Shown here: positions 8,826 through 17,614 of the stretch, in pieces
Layout of the letters: every line of letters starts with the position of its first letter
Position numbering within the stretch: the stretch's first letter is position 1
DNA from: SAR202 cluster bacterium
GTDB lineage: Bacteria > Chloroflexota > Dehalococcoidia > Lucifugimonadales > GCA-2712585
Assembly (NCBI GenBank): GCA_016872285.1
Contig: VGZZ01000001.1
Coordinates: 34,236-98,235 of the forward strand
DNA: 64,000 bases
Direction: 5' to 3'
Notes under the pieces: model-generated
Databases searched by the model: none
Told to the model about the DNA's origin: nothing
Seen by the model: the letters and a program-made list of their open reading frames with translations, nothing else
Made by a program: the position numbers and the translations under genes

Positions 8826-9077
8826 TTAGCGGGCCGCCGCGCCTGTCCTTCCCCTCATCCTTCCCACTAGCCCCCACAGAGATACCGCCCCCCACACGCC
8901 CTCCAACAGTAGGAACCCCCATTGCCGCTCCTCCGCCGCCAGCACCGCCAGGACCGCAGACCCCACAAAGTTAAGGATTAAATAGGTATAGGTATGCTGA
9001 TTGAGGAGGCGGGCCTGCGAAGCAGTGTAGGCCGCCAGTATCATAAGCGCGCCGATAATCTGTATTACCTGGCCCAT
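8826..9077 (-). CDS. small integral membrane protein (CBU_0592-like by recollection)
   Basis: 83 aa with three hydrophobic segments. The family assignment is tentative. Confidence 0.45.
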   Translation of the reverse strand: MGQVIQIIGALMILAAYTASQARLLNQHTYTYLILNFVGSAVLAVLAAEERQWGFLLLEGVWGAVSLWGLVGRMRGRTGAAAR

Positions 9078-9148
9078 ATCGATTCTCCAATCCCTTGCGG
9101 TGAGTCACTTATACGAAAAGGAGGCCTTGAAGATCAGAGCGGACTAAT

Positions 9149-9880
9149 TCACTGCTTCCAGAATCGCTCCTCCCTCACCTTCCATCCCTTGGGCGTCAGC
9201 CGCGCCTTCACATCCTCAATCATCCCCGGATGCCCGCAAGCGTACACCAGCGTCGACTCCGGCTTCAGCCCCAGCTTCTCGATATACCGTTCCACTACCT
9301 CATTCACTCTCCCTGTCTCGCCCTTCCACCCTGTGTTCCGAGGATCCTTTGGGCGGCTCACCGTCGGCACAAACACCACCGTCTCCGGATGGGCCTTCAT
9401 CATCGACGCCAGCTCCAGGTCATACGTAAACTCGTTACGATAGCTGGCCCCCTCCAGCACGTAAAATCGATGCCCCTGCCCGCCTCGATGCAAGTAGTTC
9501 CGCAGCATACTCACAAACGGCGCTACCCCCGTAACCGTCGCCACCATCAGGTGCGACTGGTACTTCTCGTCCAGCGTGAAAATACCTTTGCATCGGGGCC
9601 GTATGCTTATCTCGTCCCCGGCCTTCATCTTCCACAGCAGCGGCGTCAGCGCCCCGTCCGGCGCTGGTACCAGCTCTATAAAAATCTCCAGGTTATCCTC
9701 ATGCGGCGAAGACGCTATTGAATATGCCCTCTCGATGCCGTCCAACCCCAGTGTGCAATACTGGCCGGGCTTGAACTCCATCTTGAACGGCGGGCGCAGC
9801 TTTATAACCATCAGGTCATGGCTGATGTCCTTGCGGTCCACCAGTGTCGCTTTGGGTAATACTTGCTGCTTTTGGACCAT
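9149..9880 (-). CDS. ferredoxin-NADP(+) reductase family flavoprotein
   Basis: RAYSIASSP is the FAD-binding RxYS motif. MVATVTGVAPF is the NAD(P)-binding GTGxAP motif. VYACGHPGM is also present. Confidence 0.8.
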   Translation of the reverse strand: MVQKQQVLPKATLVDRKDISHDLMVIKLRPPFKMEFKPGQYCTLGLDGIERAYSIASSPHEDNLEIFIELVPAPDGALTPLLWKMKAGDEISIRPRCKGIFTLDEKYQSHLMVATVTGVAPFVSMLRNYLHRGGQGHRFYVLEGASYRNEFTYDLELASMMKAHPETVVFVPTVSRPKDPRNTGWKGETGRVNEVVERYIEKLGLKPESTLVYACGHPGMIEDVKARLTPKGWKVREERFWKQ

Positions 9881-10019
9881 AAATTAGGCCTACATTCTAG
9901 CCCTGATCTGCTTGTCCAGGGCGCCGCAATTGCCGTTCAGAAGGACTTCACCAATACGCTGTGTCACCTGAAGTCTAAAATGAAAAGTTAAGATGAGCCA
10001 ATTAAGAGGTAGAACTATA

Positions 10020-12854
10020 CTAAACCTTCGCCAGCTTTGCTGGCTTGATCAAAAGCGTGGGAGTTTTAGCCATCGGGTCAGGCTCTTCGCTGGCGTCCAA
10101 CTCGGTCATTAACTGGCCGAACAGTGACGTTGACGCCACCATGCCACGCTGCAGTGACTCCCTCAGCGCCGCCCGCCCCTGTATAGAATGACCGTTGACC
10201 TGCACCTTCACCGCGTCGCCCTCTCGAATCCCCAGAGACGCCGCGTCCTGCGGGTTGACCTCGATAAGCTCTTCCCGCACAATCCGGTTCTGCTTCCCCT
10301 TTACCACTTCCATCTCGCGATGCGACTGGAGCAATACGCGCCCTGGCACGAACACCAGCCCATCGCCCAACGACACCTTCCTGAACTGTGGCGCCATAAC
10401 CCGAGCCTTCCCACCTGGGAACCCATCCGAATATAGAATCGCCGTCCCCTTGCTCTCAGGGTCAGGGCAGGGCCATTGCAAACCTCGGTACTCCTTGTCC
10501 GAATACAAGACCTGGTTCGGCAACGGGTTGGAGGTAGCCGGCCGCAGCACCAGCCTCCCCTCCTTCTCCAACCGCTGATGCGACACGCCCCCGTAAATCG
10601 GCGTCAGCGACGCTATCTCGTCCATGACCTGCGCCGGCGACTCGAAGCTAAAACCATCCGCCTGCATCAGGCGAGCCAGCTCGCATATCACCCACCACTC
10701 CGGCTTCGCGTCCAAATTCTTCGGCGCGATGACCGGTCTGACCGTCTGCACCCGCCGCTCGATATTCGTAAATGTGCCCGACTTCTCTGCAAAGGTCGCC
10801 CTCGGCAGGACCACGTGGGCCTGCTGCGCCGCCTCGGTTAAGAACGAGTCCATCACCACCAGGAATTCGAGACTCTTCAGCGCACTTATGCCATCGCCCA
10901 ACACGCCGTTGTTGAAATTCGGGCTGTCCCCCACCAGGAAAAGCGCCTTCACCCTCTTCGCCCTCATTGCGTCGAAGGCCTCCACAACCCCCAACCCCTG
11001 CGACTGCGGCGCCGGCAGCTTCCAGACCTTCTGGAACTTAGTCCTGGCCGATGCGTCGGACACCGACGCATACCCTGGCAGAAGATGCGGCACCGCGCCC
11101 ACGTCCCACGCCCCCTGCTCGTTGGCGCCCTGCCGCATGGGGCACAACCCCGTAGACGGCCTCCCCACGTTCCCCGCCATCAGCGCCATCGACGCCAACG
11201 CATAAACGCAGTCCTTGTGCAGCAACGACGGTATATTATCCAGCGCGTAAAGAATCGCTCCCGTCGCCGCCGTGCCGTAAATCCTCGCCGCCTCTTGTAT
11301 CTGTCCCTTAACCACACCCGTCTCAGCGGCCACGTTATCTATATTCAGCGACGCCAGCGACTGCTTGAGCGCGTCAATTCCCTGGACGTTCTTTTCTATC
11401 CAATCCTTCTTCTCCAGCCCCTGTGAAATAATCTCCTTCAATATTCCGCCCAGCAGTAATAGCTCGGTCCCAGGCTTGGGCCGCAGCCAGAGCGCGGCAT
11501 ACCGAGTCAGCTCCACTTCTCGAGGGTCTATAACGATAAGTTTGGTACCCTTCTTCACCGCCCGCTTAACTGGCACACCGATGACGTTCTGTTCTTCCGT
11601 CAGGTTGGTGTTAAACGCGATTATGCACTGCGCGTTCTCTACCTCCCATACATTATTGGTCGCCGCTCGGTATCCCAGAGTGTCTGCCAGGCTTTCCACT
11701 AGTCCTGGTCGCGTGTTGGATGTCTGGTCGATGTTATTGGTCCCCATCACGGCGCGAGTAAACTTCTGCGCTAGGTACTGCTCCTCGTTGGTGCTATTAG
11801 GCGATGTTAGCATCGCGAACGCGTCGCCACGGTATTCGCCCAGCCGCTGCGCTATTACGCCCAGCGCTTCATCCCAGGTCGTCTCTTCCAGCTTTCCATT
11901 CTTGCGGACCATCGGCCGCTTCAGCCGCGACTTCTGGTTCACAAAATCAAGGCCGAACTTGCCCTTGAAGCACGCCTGCCCCTTGTTGGCCGGCGCGTTT
12001 ATCTCAGGAATCGAGCGCACCATCTTGCCGAAGCTGTTCACTTCCAGGTTCAACTGGCATCCAATGGGGCACTGAGGGCACACCGTCCGCTCCACGCGAC
12101 GCGCCTTCTCCCACTTGTGGTCGCTTTCCACCAGCGCCCCCACCGGGCATACATCCACGCACGCGCCGCAGAACTCGCATCCCGATTCCAGCAGCGACGT
12201 CCCAAACGCCGTCCCGACCAGCCCCTTGCCCGACCTCTCGATAACCGTCAGCGCGTTGTCCCCTCGTACCTCCTCGCACACCCGAACGCACCGCACGCAA
12301 ACAATGCACAGGTTATAGTCTCGGTCGTAGAACGGGTCTCCAACCTCGATAGGCAGCTTGCGGTATCGGTAGTTTAGGGGCGACTCCAGATTCATCCCCA
12401 GATAACGTACTGTATCTTTCAACTCGCATCGTTCATTCTTGGGGCAGGTTACGCATCGGTCGTTGACCGACACGTGGCGCAGGCACACGTCCTCCGGCCC
12501 GCACAGATCGATTCTATGGCACGTAAGGCACCCGTGGGGATGCTCGGCCAGCAGCATGTCCATAATATTGCGGCGCAGCTCGTTGACTTGCGTAACCCCG
12601 CTCTTGATAACCATCTTGTCAGCCACCGGCAGCGTGCAAGATGCCGGAAAACCACGCCCCGGGTTCCCTCGCCCGTCGTCCGCCACCTCCACCACGCACA
12701 TGCGGCAGGCGGCGTAGGGCTTCATTCCCTGGTGGTAGCACAAATACGGCACGTATATGCCCGCGTCGATGGCCGCCTCCAGCACCATCTTTCCAGGCCT
12801 GGTCTTTATCTGGACGCCATCAATCGTGATGGTTATCTCGTTGGTCTGTACCAT
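10020..12854 (-). CDS. NuoG/FdhF-like Fe-S molybdopterin-oxidoreductase-fold subunit
   Basis: 944 aa. N-terminal 2Fe-2S (CYHQGMKPYAACRMC), a His/Cys cluster (HPHGCLTCH), two ferredoxin-type 4Fe-4S motifs (CIVCVRCVRVC, CEFCGACVDVCP) and an MopB-type CPQCPIGC. QKFTRAVMGTNNID aligns to the FdhF active-site segment. Confidence 0.85.
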   Translation of the reverse strand: MVQTNEITITIDGVQIKTRPGKMVLEAAIDAGIYVPYLCYHQGMKPYAACRMCVVEVADDGRGNPGRGFPASCTLPVADKMVIKSGVTQVNELRRNIMDMLLAEHPHGCLTCHRIDLCGPEDVCLRHVSVNDRCVTCPKNERCELKDTVRYLGMNLESPLNYRYRKLPIEVGDPFYDRDYNLCIVCVRCVRVCEEVRGDNALTVIERSGKGLVGTAFGTSLLESGCEFCGACVDVCPVGALVESDHKWEKARRVERTVCPQCPIGCQLNLEVNSFGKMVRSIPEINAPANKGQACFKGKFGLDFVNQKSRLKRPMVRKNGKLEETTWDEALGVIAQRLGEYRGDAFAMLTSPNSTNEEQYLAQKFTRAVMGTNNIDQTSNTRPGLVESLADTLGYRAATNNVWEVENAQCIIAFNTNLTEEQNVIGVPVKRAVKKGTKLIVIDPREVELTRYAALWLRPKPGTELLLLGGILKEIISQGLEKKDWIEKNVQGIDALKQSLASLNIDNVAAETGVVKGQIQEAARIYGTAATGAILYALDNIPSLLHKDCVYALASMALMAGNVGRPSTGLCPMRQGANEQGAWDVGAVPHLLPGYASVSDASARTKFQKVWKLPAPQSQGLGVVEAFDAMRAKRVKALFLVGDSPNFNNGVLGDGISALKSLEFLVVMDSFLTEAAQQAHVVLPRATFAEKSGTFTNIERRVQTVRPVIAPKNLDAKPEWWVICELARLMQADGFSFESPAQVMDEIASLTPIYGGVSHQRLEKEGRLVLRPATSNPLPNQVLYSDKEYRGLQWPCPDPESKGTAILYSDGFPGGKARVMAPQFRKVSLGDGLVFVPGRVLLQSHREMEVVKGKQNRIVREELIEVNPQDAASLGIREGDAVKVQVNGHSIQGRAALRESLQRGMVASTSLFGQLMTELDASEEPDPMAKTPTLLIKPAKLAKV

Positions 12855-14566
12855 TAATACCTCCGGGTCTTCACCGGGGGATTCCAGGGCTCGTTACACC
12901 GGCCCGTGGGACAGACCTTGTCCCTCAGGTGCTGGTCGAACTCAGAGCCAAAGAATTTGAGCGCCGACGACACCGGGTTGAACCCCAACTGCCCGTGGCC
13001 ACACAGCGACCCGGCCTGCATGCTCTGCCCAACTGACCGCATCAGCTCCAGGTCCTGCGCCGTCCCTTCAAATCGGCAAATGCGCTCTAGCACCTCCAGC
13101 AGATGGCTCATGCCCGTCCGGCACGGGAAGCACTTGCCGCACGATTCGTATTGGCAGAACGCCACCAGGTTGCGAGTCAGGTCCACAACGCATGTGCTCT
13201 CATCCGCAGCGATAATCCCCCCGGAACCCAATATTGCTCCCGCCTTAGCCATAACCTCGAAGTCTAGCGCTATATCCATACCATCCCCAGATAGCACGCC
13301 GCCTAGAGGGCCGCCCGTCTGCAACACCTTTATCCGCTTGCCGCTCCTGGAGCCTCCCGCCATGTTCTCAATGACATGACGCATAGTGACGCCCAGCGGC
13401 ACTTCCATCAGTCCCGTGTACTTCAAGTCTCCGGATAGGCACAAAATCGCCGTGCCTTTGCTCTTATCTTGGCCAATGGACGCAAACCAGTCGCCGCCTT
13501 TCAAAATAATCTGCGGCACGTACGATAGTGTCTTCACGTTGTTGATATTGCTGGGCTTGCCGAACAGTCCCACCTGCGCCGGAAACGGCGGGCGGTATCG
13601 AGGCATCGAACGCTTCCCCTCAATGGCCTCCATCAGCGCCGTCTCCTCCCCCGCTACATACGAGTCCCCCGTCAGCGCCACCTCGGCATCGAAGCCGAAG
13701 TTGCTGCCCAGAATGTTCTTCCCCAGCAGCCCCAGTTCGTAAGCCTGGTCGATGGCCTTCCATGTTCGGTCTATCGGCCCTTCGTGTCCATGCCTAATAA
13801 ACACATACCCCTTAATAGCGCCTGTGGCGTACCCCGACAGGATAAGCCCTTCCAGCAGGCTGTGCGGGTCGCTCTCTAAAATACCCTTGTCGTTAAAAGC
13901 GCCAGGATCGCCTTCTTCGCAGTTCACCAGCACGTACTTCACCGGCTGCTTGGATACCGCCAGGAAGTTCCACTTCGTGCCTGTCGGAAACGCCGCGCCG
14001 CCACGCCCTCGCAGTCCCGACTTCGTGACTTGCTCCCTCACCTGCTCCGCTGTCATCGACGTCAACGCTTTGTGTAGAGCAGCGTAGCCATCATTGGCGA
14101 TGTACTGGTATATATCCATCGGGTCGACATGCCCTGCGTTGCGAAGCGCAATCCGCACCTGCCCCTTCATCATTGGATGGTCGGCCAGCTTGGCCAGACC
14201 TGGCATCACCCCGCCTGCGTCCACCACCCCAAGGGCCAGGTCCGCCGCGGGCTTGTGATGCACCAGATGCGACTGGACGATATGGCACGCCATTTCAGGT
14301 GTTACGTTGTGATATACGACGCGAGGCGTATTCGGCGCGCTCACGTCCACCAGCGGCTCCGCGAAGCACGGCCCCAGACAACCCACCTCGCTGATAGTGG
14401 CCTGCATATGCCGCTTCTGTAGCTCCGACTTCAGTGCCGCGATGACCGCGTCCGCCCCGGCGGCCTTCCCGCACAAGGCTGTGCCTACCCTTATCCACGG
14501 TTTGGAGCTAAGCTCCTGCTGTCGCTGCTGAGCAGCCGACTTCAGTTCGGCAAAATTAGGAGGCAT
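12854..14566 (-). CDS. NuoF-like NADH-binding FMN/4Fe-4S flavoprotein subunit with an N-terminal thioredoxin-like extension
   Basis: 570 aa with GRGGAAFPTG (FMN/NADH site), NCEEGDPGAF and ESCGKCFPCR...SLCGHG (N3 cluster). Confidence 0.9.
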   Translation of the reverse strand: MPPNFAELKSAAQQRQQELSSKPWIRVGTALCGKAAGADAVIAALKSELQKRHMQATISEVGCLGPCFAEPLVDVSAPNTPRVVYHNVTPEMACHIVQSHLVHHKPAADLALGVVDAGGVMPGLAKLADHPMMKGQVRIALRNAGHVDPMDIYQYIANDGYAALHKALTSMTAEQVREQVTKSGLRGRGGAAFPTGTKWNFLAVSKQPVKYVLVNCEEGDPGAFNDKGILESDPHSLLEGLILSGYATGAIKGYVFIRHGHEGPIDRTWKAIDQAYELGLLGKNILGSNFGFDAEVALTGDSYVAGEETALMEAIEGKRSMPRYRPPFPAQVGLFGKPSNINNVKTLSYVPQIILKGGDWFASIGQDKSKGTAILCLSGDLKYTGLMEVPLGVTMRHVIENMAGGSRSGKRIKVLQTGGPLGGVLSGDGMDIALDFEVMAKAGAILGSGGIIAADESTCVVDLTRNLVAFCQYESCGKCFPCRTGMSHLLEVLERICRFEGTAQDLELMRSVGQSMQAGSLCGHGQLGFNPVSSALKFFGSEFDQHLRDKVCPTGRCNEPWNPPVKTRRY

Positions 14567-15059
14567 GCCCGCCCCCTATCGATTCGCCCCGCTTTAGACG
14601 CTCCGCCGCGTCGGCTGCGTGGGACGGCGTCATACGTCCCATGAGATGATGGTCCACGCTTACAACCGGTGCGTTGGAGCAAGCCCCCAGGCAAGTGTTA
14701 TATCGAAGCGTAATGGCTCCGTCCGCAGTCGTCCCTTCGCTGGGAAGCCCCAGGGACTTCAAGACCTGGTCCGCCACCTTCTGCGCCCCCACCAAGTGAC
14801 ACGTCGGCCCCCAGCACACCTCCATCCTATGCTTTCCCAGTGGCTGTGTCTGGAAGTTGGTGTAAAACGACACCACGCCCCACACGTCGTTAATGGTGGC
14901 CTCAGTAAACTCCGCCACCTCCTCCACCGCCTCCGCTGGAATCCAGCCCAGCTCGTCCTCCACGGCCAGCAGGCAAGAGAGTACCGTTACGGTCTTCTGC
15001 TTCTGGCCTTTTATAGCCTTGCGCACCCTGTCGCGGATGCTCTGGGCTGTGGAGGTCAC
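14556..15059 (-). CDS. NuoE-like thioredoxin-fold 2Fe-2S subunit
   Basis: 167 aa with CWGPTCH...CLGACSNAPV, the NuoE/HoxF-type 2Fe-2S pattern. Confidence 0.85.
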   Translation of the reverse strand: MTSTAQSIRDRVRKAIKGQKQKTVTVLSCLLAVEDELGWIPAEAVEEVAEFTEATINDVWGVVSFYTNFQTQPLGKHRMEVCWGPTCHLVGAQKVADQVLKSLGLPSEGTTADGAITLRYNTCLGACSNAPVVSVDHHLMGRMTPSHAADAAERLKRGESIGGGHAS

Positions 15060-15165
15060 TGCGTCTCCGTGGACTTCGTGAATTTTCTAACTAATGGAAC
15101 GCAAATACTATCACAGGAGTTTAGGCTATTCAATGTCTATTACGAAGACTGTAAACCGCGTTCTT

Positions 15166-16497
15166 CTATCGTTCGGAGGCCCCGCTGTCCGACAACACCA
15201 TCCTCGCCACCTCTCTGCCCAGCTTCACACTGTAGTTGGTACCCCTATCTTCTGGATATATCTGCGTCGTGTTCGCCAGGTAGAGACCTTTTATCGGCGT
15301 TCGATTGTTCGGTATCCGCTGACCGTAGTTCACGCCAATAATCGGCTGGGCCGCGTCCACCTTATGATGGTGATAGTCCTTAATCCAACTCCTCTCGAAC
15401 TGCGAGTTAATCCGCTTCAGGTGCGGCAAGTAATGCTCAAGCAGCTCCTCCGCGCTCATCTGGTACAGCGGCTCGTCCGTGGCGGGATAGTTGGTTAAAT
15501 AGACGACGTGGCTCCCGCCGTACAGCGATGTCGGCACAAAGTTGGTCTGCTCGATGAGTCCCACAAAGGGTATCGACCGGTCGGCAATGTTTACCCAGTA
15601 CTTGGGCGTCAGCGGCCGGTCCAGCACCAGTATCGCCAGCACTGCTGAAAGATAGCTCACGCTGGTTAACTTCTCCAGGTAGTCCTTCGGCAACTGCGGC
15701 GCTAATCGAGTAAATATATATGACGGTGTGGTGGCAATGACCGCATCGTACCGGCGGCTCTCCGGCGGCCTCCCTCGCCACTCCAGGTCCAGTCCCACCG
15801 CCCGGCCCTCCTCCACCACTACCCGCTTCGCCCCCGCCTGGATATGCACCTCCCCGCCCTTCTCTTTAATCTTCTCACCCAGCACGTCGAAGACCTCTCC
15901 GAAGCTCCCCATGGGATACCCCAGCGACTCCCTATCCCACAACCGCTTCCTGGACGCCACCCTCAGATGTATCTTGCACCACAGCCAAGCCATGCTTATC
16001 TTGTCGTAGTGCCTGCCGAATTTTCCCCGCAGCATCGGCTCCCAGATAACCTCGTAGGGCCTTCTCCCCACCCGCTTCTCAAGCCACTCCCTCGCCGTCA
16101 CCTCCTCAAACCGCTTCCAGCTGCTAGTCTTTTGCAGATAGAGCGTCGTCAGGCCCAGCCTTACCCTGTCCGGCAGGCTCAAAGGCTTGAACTTCAGCAG
16201 GTCCTTAGGTGACGCGAAGTCCCATATCCTGTCCCCATGAAACAACCCTACCTTTGAATATATCCACGCCAGCTTGTGCCCTAGGCCAATCTCGTTGATT
16301 AGCTCCACCATCGACGTGTCGCTGCGGAACAGGTGGTGGTAGCCCTTCTCCAACCTGCCGCCTCCCACTTCGAAAGTTGAGGCCTGTCCCCCCAGGAACG
16401 GCGCCCGCTCGAACACTTCCGCCCTATGCCCTCGTTGCATAAGCTCATGGGCCGCCGCCAGGCCCATGGCGCCGCCGCCGATAATGCCTACCTTCAT
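15166..16497 (-). CDS. FAD-dependent oxidoreductase (amine oxidase/phytoene desaturase-like fold)
   Basis: MKVGIIGGGAMGLAAAHELMQRGHRAEVFERAPFLGGQAS is a dinucleotide-binding motif. The start is set at ATG 16497, which forms an ATGA overlap with the upstream stop; the track start is 16605. Confidence 0.75.
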   Translation of the reverse strand: MKVGIIGGGAMGLAAAHELMQRGHRAEVFERAPFLGGQASTFEVGGGRLEKGYHHLFRSDTSMVELINEIGLGHKLAWIYSKVGLFHGDRIWDFASPKDLLKFKPLSLPDRVRLGLTTLYLQKTSSWKRFEEVTAREWLEKRVGRRPYEVIWEPMLRGKFGRHYDKISMAWLWCKIHLRVASRKRLWDRESLGYPMGSFGEVFDVLGEKIKEKGGEVHIQAGAKRVVVEEGRAVGLDLEWRGRPPESRRYDAVIATTPSYIFTRLAPQLPKDYLEKLTSVSYLSAVLAILVLDRPLTPKYWVNIADRSIPFVGLIEQTNFVPTSLYGGSHVVYLTNYPATDEPLYQMSAEELLEHYLPHLKRINSQFERSWIKDYHHHKVDAAQPIIGVNYGQRIPNNRTPIKGLYLANTTQIYPEDRGTNYSVKLGREVARMVLSDSGASER

Positions 16498-17585
16498 GAC
16501 TCTTGCGCTTCCTGAGACGTCATGTGTTCGACTCTCGCTTTGGACGTCTCCGACAGAGCCTCCGACCCCCTTGCTAGCCTTCCCAGCGATACATGGCCCA
16601 CCCACAGGAATACTAACCCCAGCACCGTCACCGGCAGCAGAAGTGCCACATGCACCAGAATGGCGTAGGCCCCCGCTACTCCCTGGCCCACCCCTACCAG
16701 CACCAGGGCCGCCGCCGCAGGAAACTCAAAGGTGCCAATGGACCCCGGCGATGATGGGATTGAGCTCGCCAGGTTGGACGCTGCCATGACCAGCAATACT
16801 ACGGGCACTAGCAGCCATGCCGGCTCAAAAACTTGATGTAAACCAAACGAATAGGCAATAAGCAAATACAGCGCGCCCTCGAAAAGCCAGATGGGCAGCG
16901 ACCAGAGGAAAAGTCCCAGGTGGCGCCGAGGCTTCCGCAGCACCATCAGCCCTTCGATGAAAAGACTGATAAGTTTCTGCACCTTTGGCCGGAGTTTCGA
17001 TGGGAAAATCCTGGAAAGGTTGTAAATAGTCCGTGCGAATCCTGGCTTTATGGCCAGCATAGTCAGCACGATTATCGCCGCCACGAACACCGCCGCCGCC
17101 AGGGCCCCCAGCAGAGCCCACGACCACCGCTGCGAACTGCTGGCCCCATCTAACAAGTCGTACCCCAACAGGAACGGCACCGCCGCCAGCGCCATCAGCA
17201 GCAAGGTGATACCGTCGTACACTCGCTCCACCGCTATAGTGGCCAGCGCGGTGCTGGCGCTGAAATCCTCCCGCCGTCGCAGGTAATAAGACCTTGCTAG
17301 CTCTCCCAGCCTCACAGGCAGCAGGTTGTTGGCCATGTACCCCACCACCACCACCGGAAATAGGCGCAGCGCCGCAAACACACGCAGCGGCGACAGCAGA
17401 TACCGCCATCGCAGCGTCCGAAAGAACACCGCCCCAAAGTAAAATGCCGCCGCCGGCGCCAGATACTTCAACTCGGCATCGGCCAACGCTTCGCCCATCT
17501 CTTTCTCGTCCACTGTCAGGAAAAAGAGGGCAATGAATACCAGACCTACCATCAGGCCAAAGATAAAGCTTCGAGGTTTTATCAA
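16494..17585 (-). CDS. UPF0104 / flippase-like (lysyl-PG synthase TM-region-like) membrane protein
   Basis: 363 aa and polytopic. FFRTLRWRYLL and NLLPVRLGELAR resemble the UPF0104 family. Confidence 0.6.
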   Translation of the reverse strand: MIKPRSFIFGLMVGLVFIALFFLTVDEKEMGEALADAELKYLAPAAAFYFGAVFFRTLRWRYLLSPLRVFAALRLFPVVVVGYMANNLLPVRLGELARSYYLRRREDFSASTALATIAVERVYDGITLLLMALAAVPFLLGYDLLDGASSSQRWSWALLGALAAAVFVAAIIVLTMLAIKPGFARTIYNLSRIFPSKLRPKVQKLISLFIEGLMVLRKPRRHLGLFLWSLPIWLFEGALYLLIAYSFGLHQVFEPAWLLVPVVLLVMAASNLASSIPSSPGSIGTFEFPAAAALVLVGVGQGVAGAYAILVHVALLLPVTVLGLVFLWVGHVSLGRLARGSEALSETSKARVEHMTSQEAQES

Positions 17586-17614
17586 AAGTTGCGCTCAGGC
17601 TGAAAGTAAGAACA

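Noticed and set aside
10020-12854. FdhF-like subunit considered as a Sec-containing formate dehydrogenase
   Set aside because: There is no in-frame TGA anywhere in the 944-codon ORF. The residue aligned to FdhF Sec140 is Arg.
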